The notes: generated from the letters alone by a model not told the origin. A DNA stretch of 64,000 bases from an uncultured bacterium (GCA_966243015.1 CBIMES010000001.1:426076-490075); one strand, 5' to 3'. Positions 43,726 through 53,155 are shown, numbered from the stretch's first letter. Made by a program: numbers and translations.

Positions 43726-44559
43726 CTATCCGCCAGACCCGAGCATCTTCTCGAGCGTCGCGAGACCCATCGAGTTCCTGGCGTCGAGGAACATGTTCCT
43801 GATACCGGCGACGTCCTGGCGCCCGACCAGCTCGCGGAGCTGGTGCAGGTGCGCAATAAGCGCGGTTATGGCCGCGACGGACGAATGCCCGTGGGCGACC
43901 TGAATCTGCGCGGCCACGTCGGGCGAGTTCGTGAGCAGGCGGGCAAGTCCCGCGTGATGCCCCCGAGACAGCCGCGTGCGCAGCCTGACCAGGTCGTCTC
44001 CCGACACCCTCACGTCGCGAAGCGCGAGCGCCTCGGCGAGGAGGACGGCGTGAATGAGGGCCTGGCAGCCGAGCATGTCGTGATCGTGCTTCGAGCACCC
44101 GACCCTCTCTATCGTGGCGCCGGTCTCTTCGAGAAAAGACTGGAACCACCCCTTCCACGACAAGCCCATGTGCTCGTCTGACACGGCGACGATCTCGCCC
44201 TTCCATGTCGGCGACTCGCCCTCCCTCACGCGCGGCGGCGCGAAGAGCGGGTGAATGCCGACGACGGACGCCCCGGTCTCGAGCAACGCCTCCATGGCGT
44301 TGGCCTTGAAGGACGATATGTCGATCCAGAGCTGGCCGTCACGCGAGGACGGCGCGGCGTCGTTTATGGCGCGCACCGTATACATGAGTGGGACGCAGAA
44401 CACCACGACGTCGGCCGCCGAGACGAGCTCGGCGATCCGCGTGTGATGGGTCCCGTCGTCGTAGCCCGTGACGTCGCAGCCGAGACCGGCGAAGAAGGCC
44501 TTGAACCAGCGGCCAAAGGCGCCGTCGATGCCGACGACGCATATCCGTTTCGGGTTCAC
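43726..44559 (-). CDS. tyrA: Prephenate dehydrogenase
   Basis: N-terminal Rossmann motif ICVVGIDGAFGRWF and a PDH-like C-domain. The ATGA start overlaps pheA. Confidence 0.75.
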   Translation of the reverse strand: MNPKRICVVGIDGAFGRWFKAFFAGLGCDVTGYDDGTHHTRIAELVSAADVVVFCVPLMYTVRAINDAAPSSRDGQLWIDISSFKANAMEALLETGASVVGIHPLFAPPRVREGESPTWKGEIVAVSDEHMGLSWKGWFQSFLEETGATIERVGCSKHDHDMLGCQALIHAVLLAEALALRDVRVSGDDLVRLRTRLSRGHHAGLARLLTNSPDVAAQIQVAHGHSSVAAITALIAHLHQLRELVGRQDVAGIRNMFLDARNSMGLATLEKMLGSGG

Positions 44560-45419
44560 GACTCACCTCCCCTCGCGGCAGGCGCGAATTGGGGATACGA
44601 GCCGAGAACGTGAAGCCCCGTCGTCGAGCACTTGAAGTGCGTGAGCGCCGCGGCGACGTGCGCCATTGTCTGATGGCCGTCGAACTCGACGTAGAACGCA
44701 TACTGGCCGAGCTCTCCGAGAGGCATGGAATGGATGGACGTCAGGTTGATACCCTCGAATGACCCGAGCGCCCGAAGGAGCGCGTTGGGCCAGTTGTTGA
44801 GGGTGAAGATAACCGCCGTCCTGTCCTTGCCCGTAGGCTCAGTGCGATCAAAGCCCAGCACGTGGAAGCGCGTGGCGTTGTTGCTCGAGTCCTGCATGTT
44901 CTTGCGCATGACGCGCAGGCCGTGAACCTCGGCGGCGAAGGCCGATGCGAGCGCCGCCGTGTTCCGATACTTCGGATCAGACGACACCATCTCTGCCGCG
45001 CCCGCCGTGCTCACGCTGGGAATGCGCTTCATGAGCCGGAGCGCGTCCAGGTTCCCCGAGCACTGCCCGAGGGCCTGGGGATGCGACATGACCGAGGAGA
45101 TCTCGTCGTCGGCAGCCTCTGGGTGAACCAGGAGGCAATGCTCGACGGGAACAACGACCTCGCCGATGACCTGAATCTGCGGCGTGACGGTGTCGAGCCA
45201 GCAGCGCACGACCTCGAGCACGAGGCCCTGCTGTCCGTTCTCGACGGGGACGACGCCGTAGCAGCGGTTTGCGACCGCCGCCGCCAGCACGTCCTGATTC
45301 CTGTCCCTGAACTGAATGTTGACCGGCCTCTTCCCGAAGACGTCGAGCGTCCTCAGGGCAATCTGCGCGGCCTCATGGCCGTAGGTCCCGCGGGGACCCA
45401 GAGCGATAATCGAATCCAT
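44556..45419 (-). CDS. pheA: Prephenate dehydratase with ACT domain
   Basis: PDT motifs (GPRGTYGHEAA, ESRP-like region) and a C-terminal ACT domain. Start trimmed to MDSIIALGPRG (ATG 45419). Confidence 0.8.
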   Translation of the reverse strand: MDSIIALGPRGTYGHEAAQIALRTLDVFGKRPVNIQFRDRNQDVLAAAVANRCYGVVPVENGQQGLVLEVVRCWLDTVTPQIQVIGEVVVPVEHCLLVHPEAADDEISSVMSHPQALGQCSGNLDALRLMKRIPSVSTAGAAEMVSSDPKYRNTAALASAFAAEVHGLRVMRKNMQDSSNNATRFHVLGFDRTEPTGKDRTAVIFTLNNWPNALLRALGSFEGINLTSIHSMPLGELGQYAFYVEFDGHQTMAHVAAALTHFKCSTTGLHVLGSYPQFAPAARGGES

Positions 45420-45569
45420 GACGAATCTCCTTGTGTTTTGTAGGGTTTTCTGTGCGTGTGATGAACAAATCGTTTCAGGGATGATATTAGGCGAAACGGC
45501 GAAAAACACAACCGCGTCACCGCACAGAAAAAGCCGGCCCCTTGGGGGCCGGCTTGAGGACGGGATCCG

Positions 45570-46025
45570 CTAGCGCTCGAGTTTGCCGATCATACTGAAC
45601 ACCTCGGCGTCGGACATGACGGTGGGAGCGGCGACGATCTTCCAGTCCCGACGGAGGGCCAGGCGGTATTGGAGGATGACCGAGTGATCAGCGTCCCCTT
45701 CCGCCGCGATTTCCGCCATCATCGCCTGGGCGATGACATACAAGGCGTCGAGCCGGGTGGCCCTGACGCGCCGCGCGGCCGCCACCTTGGAATCGACGCT
45801 GATGCTGGCAGCATTCAAGACGTCGCGGTCCTGACGAAGCCGGTGGATGAGGGACGCGAGGGCCTTGAGCTCGTCAGACGCCTCGCCGACCTCGGTCTCG
45901 CCGGTGACGACGGGCGGGAACTCCCTGCCAGTGAGGCAGATGGGCTCGCCCCTGCGAATGCGAACGAAGAACTCCAACAGGGCGCTTCTCTGGCAGGCAG
46001 ACTTACTGGGTGCTGAACTAGTCAT
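45570..46025 (-). CDS. Hypothetical protein (151 aa) adjacent to pheA
   Basis: ORF with the start trimmed to MTSSAPS. The family was not recognised. Confidence 0.4.
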   Translation of the reverse strand: MTSSAPSKSACQRSALLEFFVRIRRGEPICLTGREFPPVVTGETEVGEASDELKALASLIHRLRQDRDVLNAASISVDSKVAAARRVRATRLDALYVIAQAMMAEIAAEGDADHSVILQYRLALRRDWKIVAAPTVMSDAEVFSMIGKLER

Positions 46026-46114
46026 GGTGACAAGGAACGATGGTTTAAGACAGGGTCGGAATAACCCGTCACTGCCAAAAACCATACTTCAAAAACGAGA
46101 AAAGTCAACAAACC

Positions 46115-46372
46115 CTATCGCCGCAAACCATCCATCCTATTGACCGTCGCCTTGAGGTCACGAACCTCGCCCGCGAGATTTACGAGCTGAACCCCGAAAG
46201 AACGCAGGGAGTCGGAAAGATCCCGCACGCTTTCCTTGAGCCAGCGAACGTCGCTCTCGAGGGCGCTGAACCTGTTTCCCGAAAACCAGGCAATGCCCAT
46301 GAGAAAACCAGATATTGCGGTAATGATCCCGATGAACTGCGGCCAGCCTATTTGTATGATGATGTCTTGCAT
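46115..46372 (-). CDS. Small membrane/coiled-coil protein (85 aa)
   Basis: N-terminal TM helix followed by a heptad-like region. Confidence 0.4.
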   Translation of the reverse strand: MQDIIIQIGWPQFIGIITAISGFLMGIAWFSGNRFSALESDVRWLKESVRDLSDSLRSFGVQLVNLAGEVRDLKATVNRMDGLRR

Positions 46373-46428
46373 GGGTGTATGTGACTCAAATTATGAACCC
46401 GTGCTCGCAAAACACCTATAAAGAGAAA

Positions 46429-48162
46429 TTAAAGACTCGGCCCCGCCGCGTACCCGAGTATCGCCCGCGCGAGCCGGAGGTGAAGAAACGAAACGTTCGC
46501 CCCCGCCCTGCTCTTGAGCGGCGAGAGAAGAATCTGCGACAAGGGCTGTCCGTCCGCGTCCACCTGACCCTGCTTCTCCATGTGGGCAAGCTCGTCCTCG
46601 AAGGCCTTCTCGATCTTCTTCCAGTGCGCGGGACTGATTTCTTTTTTGAGATACGAGATATTCGCGGGCGAGATGTACCCGTCGGCCATGAGCTTCTCGA
46701 TATGCGAGACGACCGTCTCGGCCGTGACGCCGCGATGCATCGCCATGTCGGCGAGGCCCTGTTGCTCCTCGATGAGGACAAGCGTCTCCTCGAAGGTCGA
46801 CGGCTTCTTCTCCTTGGGCTGCGAGCGGGCGCCCTTGAGGAAAAGCTCCTGGGCCTCGCGGAGAGCCTTCTCCCCCATCTCCTCCAGGTCAGAGAGCGCC
46901 TCATCCGAGAGCTGCTGTAGCTCCGCGTCGAATTCGAGCACCTCGTTGTGCACCTGAAGCGCCGCCTCGTTCATGCCAAGGATCGTCAGACCCTCGAGCG
47001 AACGGACGCGCGACAGCGCCACATACCCCATGCCCGGCGTGAACGACTTGGACAGGTCAACCTCGACCGCGTCGAGGGACATGCCCTGGCTCTTGTGCAC
47101 CGTGATGGCCCAGGCGAGGCGCAGCGGGTACTGGGAGAGCTCGGCCTTCACCTTGCCGTCCTCCTCGATCTTCCAGCTCGCCCGCTCAATCTTGATGATC
47201 TGGCCCGCCGCAGTGCGGATGACGGGATCCTGATTCTCCTTGCACGAGATGACGATGCCGAGCGTGCCGTTCACATACCCCTCCTCGAAGTTGTTCTTGA
47301 CGCACATGACGCGCGCGCCGACTTTGAGACGCAAGAGCTCTGGCGCGAGGCACGACTTCTTGAGCGTCTCGACGAGGGCGTCCCTGCCCTTGGTCTCCAT
47401 GTAGTACTCGACCTCGCCCTCGCTCTTGAGGCGGTCGAGTTCCTGCTCGTTGAGCAGATCGACGTCGGCGTTGTGCGTGAAGAGGCGTGTCGGCTCGATC
47501 GAGAGCGACAGCTTTGCCTTAAAACGCTCCTGCAAATACTCGCGAGACGAGTCAGTGACGTCGCCACGGCGGATCTCGTTCAGTATCGAGAGCATGTAGT
47601 TGTCGTCCTTCTGGCGGAACTGCTCGGTGAGATAGCAGATGGTGAACTTGGCCTCCTGCCAGGCGTCTGACCTATATATGAAGAGAGACTCCGGCTCGCC
47701 CTGTCGCGTGACGGGAGGCAGCTGGAAGAAGTCGCCGCAAAGCACGACCTGCACGCCGCCGAAAGGCTTCATGTTGCCCTTCATGTTCTGGAGGACTTTG
47801 TTCACGAGATCAAAGCGGAAGTGATGAAGCATCGAAACCTCGTCGATGATGAGTACCTTCACCTTCTCGAAGCGCTTGGACAGGTACGACTTCTCGAACA
47901 TGCCCTCGAGGTCCGCCTGCGTGAGGGACGCGGCGATGCCGATGCCCGCCCACGAGTGAATGGTCATGCCTCCCATGTGGGTGGCGGCGATTCCCGTGGA
48001 CGCCGTGATGCCCGCGTCGATGAGGTTGTCGCGCAGGTACTTTATATAGGAATTGATGAGATGCGTCTTTCCCGACCCGGCCGGGCCGGTGACAAAGACG
48101 TTCCTTCCTGTCTTGAGTATTTCGAGAGCCTGGGCCTGGGTCATGCAGGGAGATTGTATCAC
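46429..48162 (-). CDS. Pif1/RecD-family SF1B ATP-dependent DNA helicase with C-terminal HTH-like extension
   Basis: Walker A GPAGSGKT, motif LIIDEVSM, and helicase motifs through VHKSQG. The C-terminal 120 aa form an extra helical domain. Confidence 0.9.
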   Translation of the reverse strand: MIQSPCMTQAQALEILKTGRNVFVTGPAGSGKTHLINSYIKYLRDNLIDAGITASTGIAATHMGGMTIHSWAGIGIAASLTQADLEGMFEKSYLSKRFEKVKVLIIDEVSMLHHFRFDLVNKVLQNMKGNMKPFGGVQVVLCGDFFQLPPVTRQGEPESLFIYRSDAWQEAKFTICYLTEQFRQKDDNYMLSILNEIRRGDVTDSSREYLQERFKAKLSLSIEPTRLFTHNADVDLLNEQELDRLKSEGEVEYYMETKGRDALVETLKKSCLAPELLRLKVGARVMCVKNNFEEGYVNGTLGIVISCKENQDPVIRTAAGQIIKIERASWKIEEDGKVKAELSQYPLRLAWAITVHKSQGMSLDAVEVDLSKSFTPGMGYVALSRVRSLEGLTILGMNEAALQVHNEVLEFDAELQQLSDEALSDLEEMGEKALREAQELFLKGARSQPKEKKPSTFEETLVLIEEQQGLADMAMHRGVTAETVVSHIEKLMADGYISPANISYLKKEISPAHWKKIEKAFEDELAHMEKQGQVDADGQPLSQILLSPLKSRAGANVSFLHLRLARAILGYAAGPSL

Positions 48163-48243
48163 CCCGCTCGGCGCGGCGCGCCTTGACGAGAGACCCTATT
48201 CCGCGTGGTCCGCGAAAGGAGCCTTACAGGCTCGCCCAGGGAC

Positions 48244-48762
48244 TCACTTTTTATAAGTCGGGGGTATAAATTCCTTAAGGAATTCAAGGTACGTTTCCTG
48301 CAACTCTGGACGTATCCAATCGTGCCTCAACTGCGAAATATATCTTTTCTCAATCACGTTGAGACAGGTGTCGAAATAAAAGCCACCGGGAGTCGCGACG
48401 AAAATGCACGCATGCGCCCACATATCTTGTATGGCACTCGCATGCCTCACGATATCATCCATGTCGATATGAGACCTGTACTTAACCTCCACGAGATAAA
48501 CCTCCCGAAGCCTTCGATCAATAAGAGCAAAATCGGGCGCACAACGAATCGTATCCAAAACCGCAGCACGCGCACCCTGACTGCTAAACTCAGCGACCGT
48601 TGGCAAGACAGACTCGTATCCAAAAGGTATGACCGTGAATTCGTGAGCCGCCCTGAACATCAGCTCAAAAACCTGCTCAGCAATCTTCCCTTTTATGAGT
48701 TTGTAGTGAAATTCCTGCTCCAAGTTGAGGCTCGTATTCATATGCGATATTGATTGACGCAA
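48244..48762 (-). CDS. Stand-alone PD-(D/E)xK nuclease (Hjc/Mrr-like fold), low GC
   Basis: GKIAEQVFELMF...CAPDFALID...YLVEVKYRS matches the PD-ExK active-site spacing of Hjc-like nucleases. GC about 45%. Confidence 0.6.
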   Translation of the reverse strand: MRQSISHMNTSLNLEQEFHYKLIKGKIAEQVFELMFRAAHEFTVIPFGYESVLPTVAEFSSQGARAAVLDTIRCAPDFALIDRRLREVYLVEVKYRSHIDMDDIVRHASAIQDMWAHACIFVATPGGFYFDTCLNVIEKRYISQLRHDWIRPELQETYLEFLKEFIPPTYKK

Positions 48763-48810
48763 TCATACTGCCCGCAGAGTCAAGAAAACATAAAGAGAAA
48801 GTAAAATTTA

Positions 48811-49230
48811 TTATCTGCCACCAAACCGCTCCTCCTCCCTCTCCTGCACCGCGTCCTCGTCGAGGCCAAAGTGATGCGCGATCTCGTGCCAGAGCGTCTC
48901 GAAGACAACCTCACGCACGGGCTTGCCGCTCTCTGCCGCCTCCTCCTCGATCGGCAGCCGGTACAGCGAGATGACGTCAGGAAACATCACGCCCGCGTCG
49001 TGATACCGCTCGGTCAGGGGCACGCCGCGATAGAGGCCGAGCAGGTCCATGTTCGTCTCGAGCCCCATGTCGCGCATCGTCTCCTCGTCCACCGCCTCCT
49101 CGGCGATGAGGGCGACGTTCCGCACCTTCTCCTTCACCCATTCAGGCAGGCGATCGTACGCCTCGGATATGAGGCCCTCGAATTCCGTCGGCTGAGTGAA
49201 GCCTTCGCTCATTCCCGCAGTATACACCAC
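48811..49230 (-). CDS. Minimal Zn-metallopeptidase family protein (DUF1025-like, HExxH)
   Basis: WHEIAHHFG zincin motif over 139 aa. Confidence 0.7.
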   Translation of the reverse strand: MVYTAGMSEGFTQPTEFEGLISEAYDRLPEWVKEKVRNVALIAEEAVDEETMRDMGLETNMDLLGLYRGVPLTERYHDAGVMFPDVISLYRLPIEEEAAESGKPVREVVFETLWHEIAHHFGLDEDAVQEREEERFGGR

Positions 49231-49232
49231 GA

Positions 49233-49868
49233 CTAGCGCAGAAGGCCCTTGAGCACCGGGTACACCTTCTCGGCGATTCTCAGGTAGCCCTGGTCGTTCG
49301 GGTGTATGGCGTCAGACATAAGGGTGTTGTTGCCGATGAGTCCGTCGAGCACGTCGGGCACGTAGGCCGATCCCGTCTCGTTCGCAAGGCTCTCGAAGCG
49401 ACCCTCAAACGGGTCGGTGAGGAGACCGCCGCGAACGCCGAGCACGAGCGTTATGGCTCCCGTCGCCTGGGCGCGGGCGACGATCTTGTGAAGGTTGAGG
49501 AAGGTCTCGTCAATCGGCACCTTGCGGAGATAGTCGTTGCCGCCGAGGAGGATGATGAGCACCGAGGGCTGGGACTCGAGGGCCTTGTCGAGGCGCTTCA
49601 GGCCGTCGGCCGTGGTGTCGCCCGACACGCCGAGGTTCACGATCTCGCGACTCACCATGCGCGAGAGCAGGACGGAGAGGCTGTTGCCGGGAGTCGCGCC
49701 GACGCCCTGGGCGAGGCTGTCGCCAAGGAGGACGACCGGGCCCTCCTTCGGGGGATAGTTCGTGACGTCGCTTCCCCGGTGGAAGAACCAGAGGATGCCG
49801 AGGAGCGCGACGACGCCGACGGCGACCTCGATCAGGATTCTTTTGTGTACATTCATACGTTCGTACAA
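49233..49868 (-). CDS. SGNH/GDSL hydrolase family protein
   Basis: LGDSLAQG block I, GGNDY block III and DAIHPN block V. Confidence 0.85.
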   Translation of the reverse strand: MYERMNVHKRILIEVAVGVVALLGILWFFHRGSDVTNYPPKEGPVVLLGDSLAQGVGATPGNSLSVLLSRMVSREIVNLGVSGDTTADGLKRLDKALESQPSVLIILLGGNDYLRKVPIDETFLNLHKIVARAQATGAITLVLGVRGGLLTDPFEGRFESLANETGSAYVPDVLDGLIGNNTLMSDAIHPNDQGYLRIAEKVYPVLKGLLR

Positions 49869-49890
49869 TTGTACATCAATTATTCATAAA

Positions 49891-49921
49891 AAATAAAAGG
49901 CTCAGTGCACTGAGCCTTTTC
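49891..49921 (-). terminator. Terminator aaaaaataaaaGGCTCAGTGCACTGAGCCttttcc (copy 5 of the hairpin family)
   Basis: Read directly. On the minus strand a T-run follows it. Confidence 0.8.
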
Positions 49922-49927
49922 CCGCTC

Positions 49928-51199
49928 TTACACCAGAACGATATATTGGACGCACCAGACGCCGATGGCCGTGACGAGGCCGAGCATCGCCGGCACGAAG
50001 GCGATCTTGAAGTACTCGCCGAAGGTAAGCTCCTTGACCATTCCCGTCGCCACCACTCCCGCCGCCGAGCCAATGGCGAGCATCGACCCTCCCGTCGCCA
50101 CGGCGACCGCGAGAAGGGACCAGAGATACGGATCGGTCGACGGCACCATCTTGATGGCGATGGCCGTGAGGGCGATATTGTCGAGCACCGAGGACGCGAA
50201 GCCGAGAAGGCTGTGGCCGACGACCATGCGCGCGAACGACGCCGCCTCCCCATAGAGGAACGCCGAGACGTGCTCGAGCACGCCGAGGGCGGCGAGGGCC
50301 GAGACCGAGAGCAGGATGCCTATGAAGAACTTGATCGAGGAGAGGTCCGCCTTCTGGAGGAGATGCTCGATGGTGGCGGTGAGGTGCGTGTCGCACGGCT
50401 TCCAGCGCTTGAAGAGGTCGATCGCCATCCAGGTCAGGCCCAGGCCGAAGAGCGCTCCGATGACCGGCGAGAGGCCGATCGACTTCATGGCCACCGGCAT
50501 GAGGAACGAGGCGGCGACGAGCGAGAGCACGATCTTCTCCGAGCGCGTGAGGACGATGCCCGCAGGCCTCTCCCCCGTCACGACGCGCGGGCAGTTCACG
50601 ATCTTGCGCCTGAGGAGGAAGAGGGCGACCACGAGAAGGGCCAGCGCCGGCACGAAGGCGAACGAGACGATCTGGAGGGCCGTGAACTTGTTGGCGAGCC
50701 AGAGCATGATGGTCGTGACCGCGCCGATCGGCGACCACGATCCGCCCGCGTTCGCCGCGATGACCACTCCCACCGCCGTGACCGCGAGGTTCCTGCCCGA
50801 AAAGAACTTGCGCGCGATCTGCACCATGACGATCGTCGTCGTCAGGTCGTTGAGCACCGCCGCCAGGAAGAACGTCATGCCGCAGAGCACCGTGAACTGC
50901 GCCCGGTCCGAGAGGCTGTACGAGTCCAGCTTCGCCTTGATGAGGTCAAAGGCGCGATAGTGTCCCGCGATCTCCACGAGCGACATCGCCGCGAGGAGGA
51001 AAACGATGAGGCCAAAGATGTCGGCCGACACGACCGTCAGCTCGTGACCCGCGAGCTGCGGGTCATACGCGCCAAGCAGAATCCACGACACCGCGCCCAC
51101 CGCAAGCGCCACCGCGGACTTGTGAATCTTGAGCTTCGTCTCAAGCGTGATAAGCGCGTAACCGATGACGAAGAGAGCCGAGGCCGCGAACGCAATCAT
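49928..51199 (-). CDS. NhaD/ArsB-superfamily ion transporter (Na+/H+ antiporter-like)
   Basis: 423 aa with 11-12 TM helices and NhaD-like composition. The plus-strand 426-aa ORF 49946..51226 is its antisense. Confidence 0.8.
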   Translation of the reverse strand: MIAFAASALFVIGYALITLETKLKIHKSAVALAVGAVSWILLGAYDPQLAGHELTVVSADIFGLIVFLLAAMSLVEIAGHYRAFDLIKAKLDSYSLSDRAQFTVLCGMTFFLAAVLNDLTTTIVMVQIARKFFSGRNLAVTAVGVVIAANAGGSWSPIGAVTTIMLWLANKFTALQIVSFAFVPALALLVVALFLLRRKIVNCPRVVTGERPAGIVLTRSEKIVLSLVAASFLMPVAMKSIGLSPVIGALFGLGLTWMAIDLFKRWKPCDTHLTATIEHLLQKADLSSIKFFIGILLSVSALAALGVLEHVSAFLYGEAASFARMVVGHSLLGFASSVLDNIALTAIAIKMVPSTDPYLWSLLAVAVATGGSMLAIGSAAGVVATGMVKELTFGEYFKIAFVPAMLGLVTAIGVWCVQYIVLV

Positions 51200-51366
51200 G
51201 GGATTTTGAAAACTTTAAAAAAATAGAGTGGAAGATTCCACGATATTCCTCTCGGGAACAGAATTCAAGCGCGTTGTCCACAGGCCCTCGCGGACGCGTT
51301 GCCTTCCCCACCCACCCTTTATTTTTTGCCCGCAGTATGTTATTTTCTCTGGGCACAGTTTCACAT

Positions 51367-51437
51367 TGCCGGATCGTCTAAAGGTAGGACGTCGCTCTCT
51401 GAAAGCGAAAATTTTGGTTCGATTCCAAGTCCGGCAA
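51367..51437 (+). tRNA. tRNA-Gln (anticodon CTG)
   Basis: Manual fold: acceptor TGCCGGA/TCCGGCA (U1-A72 as in bacterial tRNA-Gln), D-stem GTCT/GGAC, anticodon stem TCGCT/AGCGA with loop CTCTGAA, T-arm TTTGG-TTCGATT-CCAAG, discriminator A. Followed by terminator hairpin aaagccccgtcatatgacggggcttttc (51441-51480). Confidence 0.8.
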
Positions 51438-51526
51438 CACGAAAGAAAAGCCCCGTCATATGACGGGGCTTTTCTTTCGTGCCTGAGAACGAATGCCTGC
51501 CAACCTGCCTATGATACAATTCCAGA

Positions 51527-51958
51527 ATGAAAAAAATTATATGGGCTCTCATTATCATCCTATTGGGCGCAGGCCTCTGGTTTGTCATGTCCAAAGAGGA
51601 CAAGGTCACCGAGAGCGCATGGCAGACGTACGAAAATAAGGATTTCAAATTTACGATTTCGCATCCGGCAGGCTGGACGATTAAGGACACGAGTGCTGAT
51701 TTCGGTTTCATAAACCTGTCAATTAACGGCCCAATCCGATCAGATTTGAAAAGCAACCCAGGATTGCCGGTCTCATATTATTTTAGCCTAGCCATGCCAA
51801 AAGATAGATCAGAGGTGCGATTCAACTTCGGCTGTTTCTCTACCCCCGACAAACCTGGCAACTCACCATGCAACGCGCCAAGCACGATCGAGGAAAACGA
51901 GTCTGCGCCCGAGAATGCAGTCGCACGAGAGATCTTCTCATCATTTAAAGTCAACTAA
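51527..51958 (+). CDS. Hypothetical secreted/anchored protein, low GC
   Basis: Signal anchor and GC about 45%. It lies immediately downstream of tRNA-Gln and ends with a 16-bp-arm perfect hairpin at 52017-52048. Confidence 0.55.
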   Translation: MKKIIWALIIILLGAGLWFVMSKEDKVTESAWQTYENKDFKFTISHPAGWTIKDTSADFGFINLSINGPIRSDLKSNPGLPVSYYFSLAMPKDRSEVRFNFGCFSTPDKPGNSPCNAPSTIEENESAPENAVAREIFSSFKVN

Positions 51959-52195
51959 TCTAGTCCGAGGGATTAATTAGAGTTCCAACATCGTCCCAGA
52001 CGGCCAACACCCAAAAGCAAACACCCGCCACATGTGGCGGGTGTTTGCTTTTGGGTGTTTAATGGAAGCATCGCCTGAGGCGATGCGCCTTGGAATCGAA
52101 AGGGTTCTCCCCTATTTCTGAGGAATTCCAATTTGGCACATACTAAGGCGCACCGAGAAAATGTAAAGGGAGAATAAGTTGCTATACTTCCCCAC

Positions 52196-52615
52196 ATGGA
52201 ACAAAAATCCCTCCGCCCCAAAGTCGGCGTCGCCGTACTCATCATCAAGTACAAGCAGGTCCTCATCGGCAAGAGAAAGGGCGAGCACGGCGACGGCATG
52301 TGGGCCCCTCCCGGCGGACACCTCGAGTTCAGGGAGGACGTCTTCGACTGCGCCCGCCGCGAGGTCCTCGAGGAGACCTCGATGAGAATCAAGAGCCTCC
52401 GCATGGGCCCCATCACGAACGACACCAACCTTCCCGGAGACAAGCACTACGTGACGCTCTTCGTCATCGCCGACCACGACTCGGGAAACCCCGTCGTCAC
52501 CGAGCCTGACAAGTGTTACGAATGGCGCTGGTGCGCCTGGGACAAACTTCCCAAGCCACTCTTCTACGCGCTTCAGAACTTCGTCGACGCCGGACACTCG
52601 CCCTTCGACTACTAG
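52196..52615 (+). CDS. NUDIX hydrolase
   Basis: Nudix box GGHLEFREDVFDCARREVLEETS. Confidence 0.85.
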   Translation: MEQKSLRPKVGVAVLIIKYKQVLIGKRKGEHGDGMWAPPGGHLEFREDVFDCARREVLEETSMRIKSLRMGPITNDTNLPGDKHYVTLFVIADHDSGNPVVTEPDKCYEWRWCAWDKLPKPLFYALQNFVDAGHSPFDY

Positions 52616-53082
52616 ACAGACTGGATCCCCTCGCGACACTTCCTCTCGAGCAGGCCCGCGGCGATGGCGGACGCGACGGACACAGAGATGACGAGAAGCC
52701 CCAGGGCAAGGCCTCCCGCCCTGTCTTCCTCGGCCGGCACCGTCACCAAGAGCGAGGCCAGGCCGCCCGCGGCAAGCGCGGCGACGAGCGTCGAGCAGCG
52801 TCGTATGATCCGAAGCCCGTGCGAGACGCGATGCGAGAGCGCCTCGCCCCGCCCAACCAGCCCCAACACTCGAAACGCCTGAAAGAGCGCCACGAAGAAC
52901 GGGATCGACGAGAGATAGGCATAGGCCAGGAACGGGTCCTTGAAGTAGATCTCGAACGCCGTGGCACCCACGTTCCTGCCCTCGAGATGTGGCTCGCCGA
53001 GGAGGAAGACCAGCGCTCCGACGCCGACGAGGATGACCGCGGCCTGAAGGCATAGTATTGAGATTCTTTTCATGTATTTCAT
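52612..53082 (-). CDS. DUF2975-like membrane protein
   Basis: Four TM helices with AFEIYFKDPFLAYAYLSSIPFFVALFQAF. The overlapping 338-aa minus ORF 52112..53128 and plus ORF 52513..53055 are artefacts. Confidence 0.65.
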   Translation of the reverse strand: MKYMKRISILCLQAAVILVGVGALVFLLGEPHLEGRNVGATAFEIYFKDPFLAYAYLSSIPFFVALFQAFRVLGLVGRGEALSHRVSHGLRIIRRCSTLVAALAAGGLASLLVTVPAEEDRAGGLALGLLVISVSVASAIAAGLLERKCREGIQSV

Positions 53083-53155
53083 GTGAGGTGATTAAGGGAG
53101 TAAGAAGGGGTATCATTACCGCAGTCACTTATTCATTATAGTAAACCTGCCACAT

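Noticed and set aside
45570-46025. Chorismate mutase next to pheA/tyrA
   Set aside because: No AroQ or AroH motifs are recognisable, so I left it as hypothetical.
49946-51226. 426-aa plus-strand ORF with extreme Arg/Glu/Asp/His composition
   Set aside because: Antisense of the NhaD-like transporter gene. The composition is typical of the reverse frame of a GC-rich membrane-protein gene.
51961-52000. Direct repeat of the tRNA-Gln 3' end as an attR
   Set aside because: Only 6-7-nt partial matches occur, and chance is not excluded.
52112-53128. 338-aa minus-strand ORF spanning the NUDIX and DUF2975 genes
   Set aside because: It overlaps two well-supported genes on both strands and has a Pro/Arg/Gly-rich, low-complexity translation.
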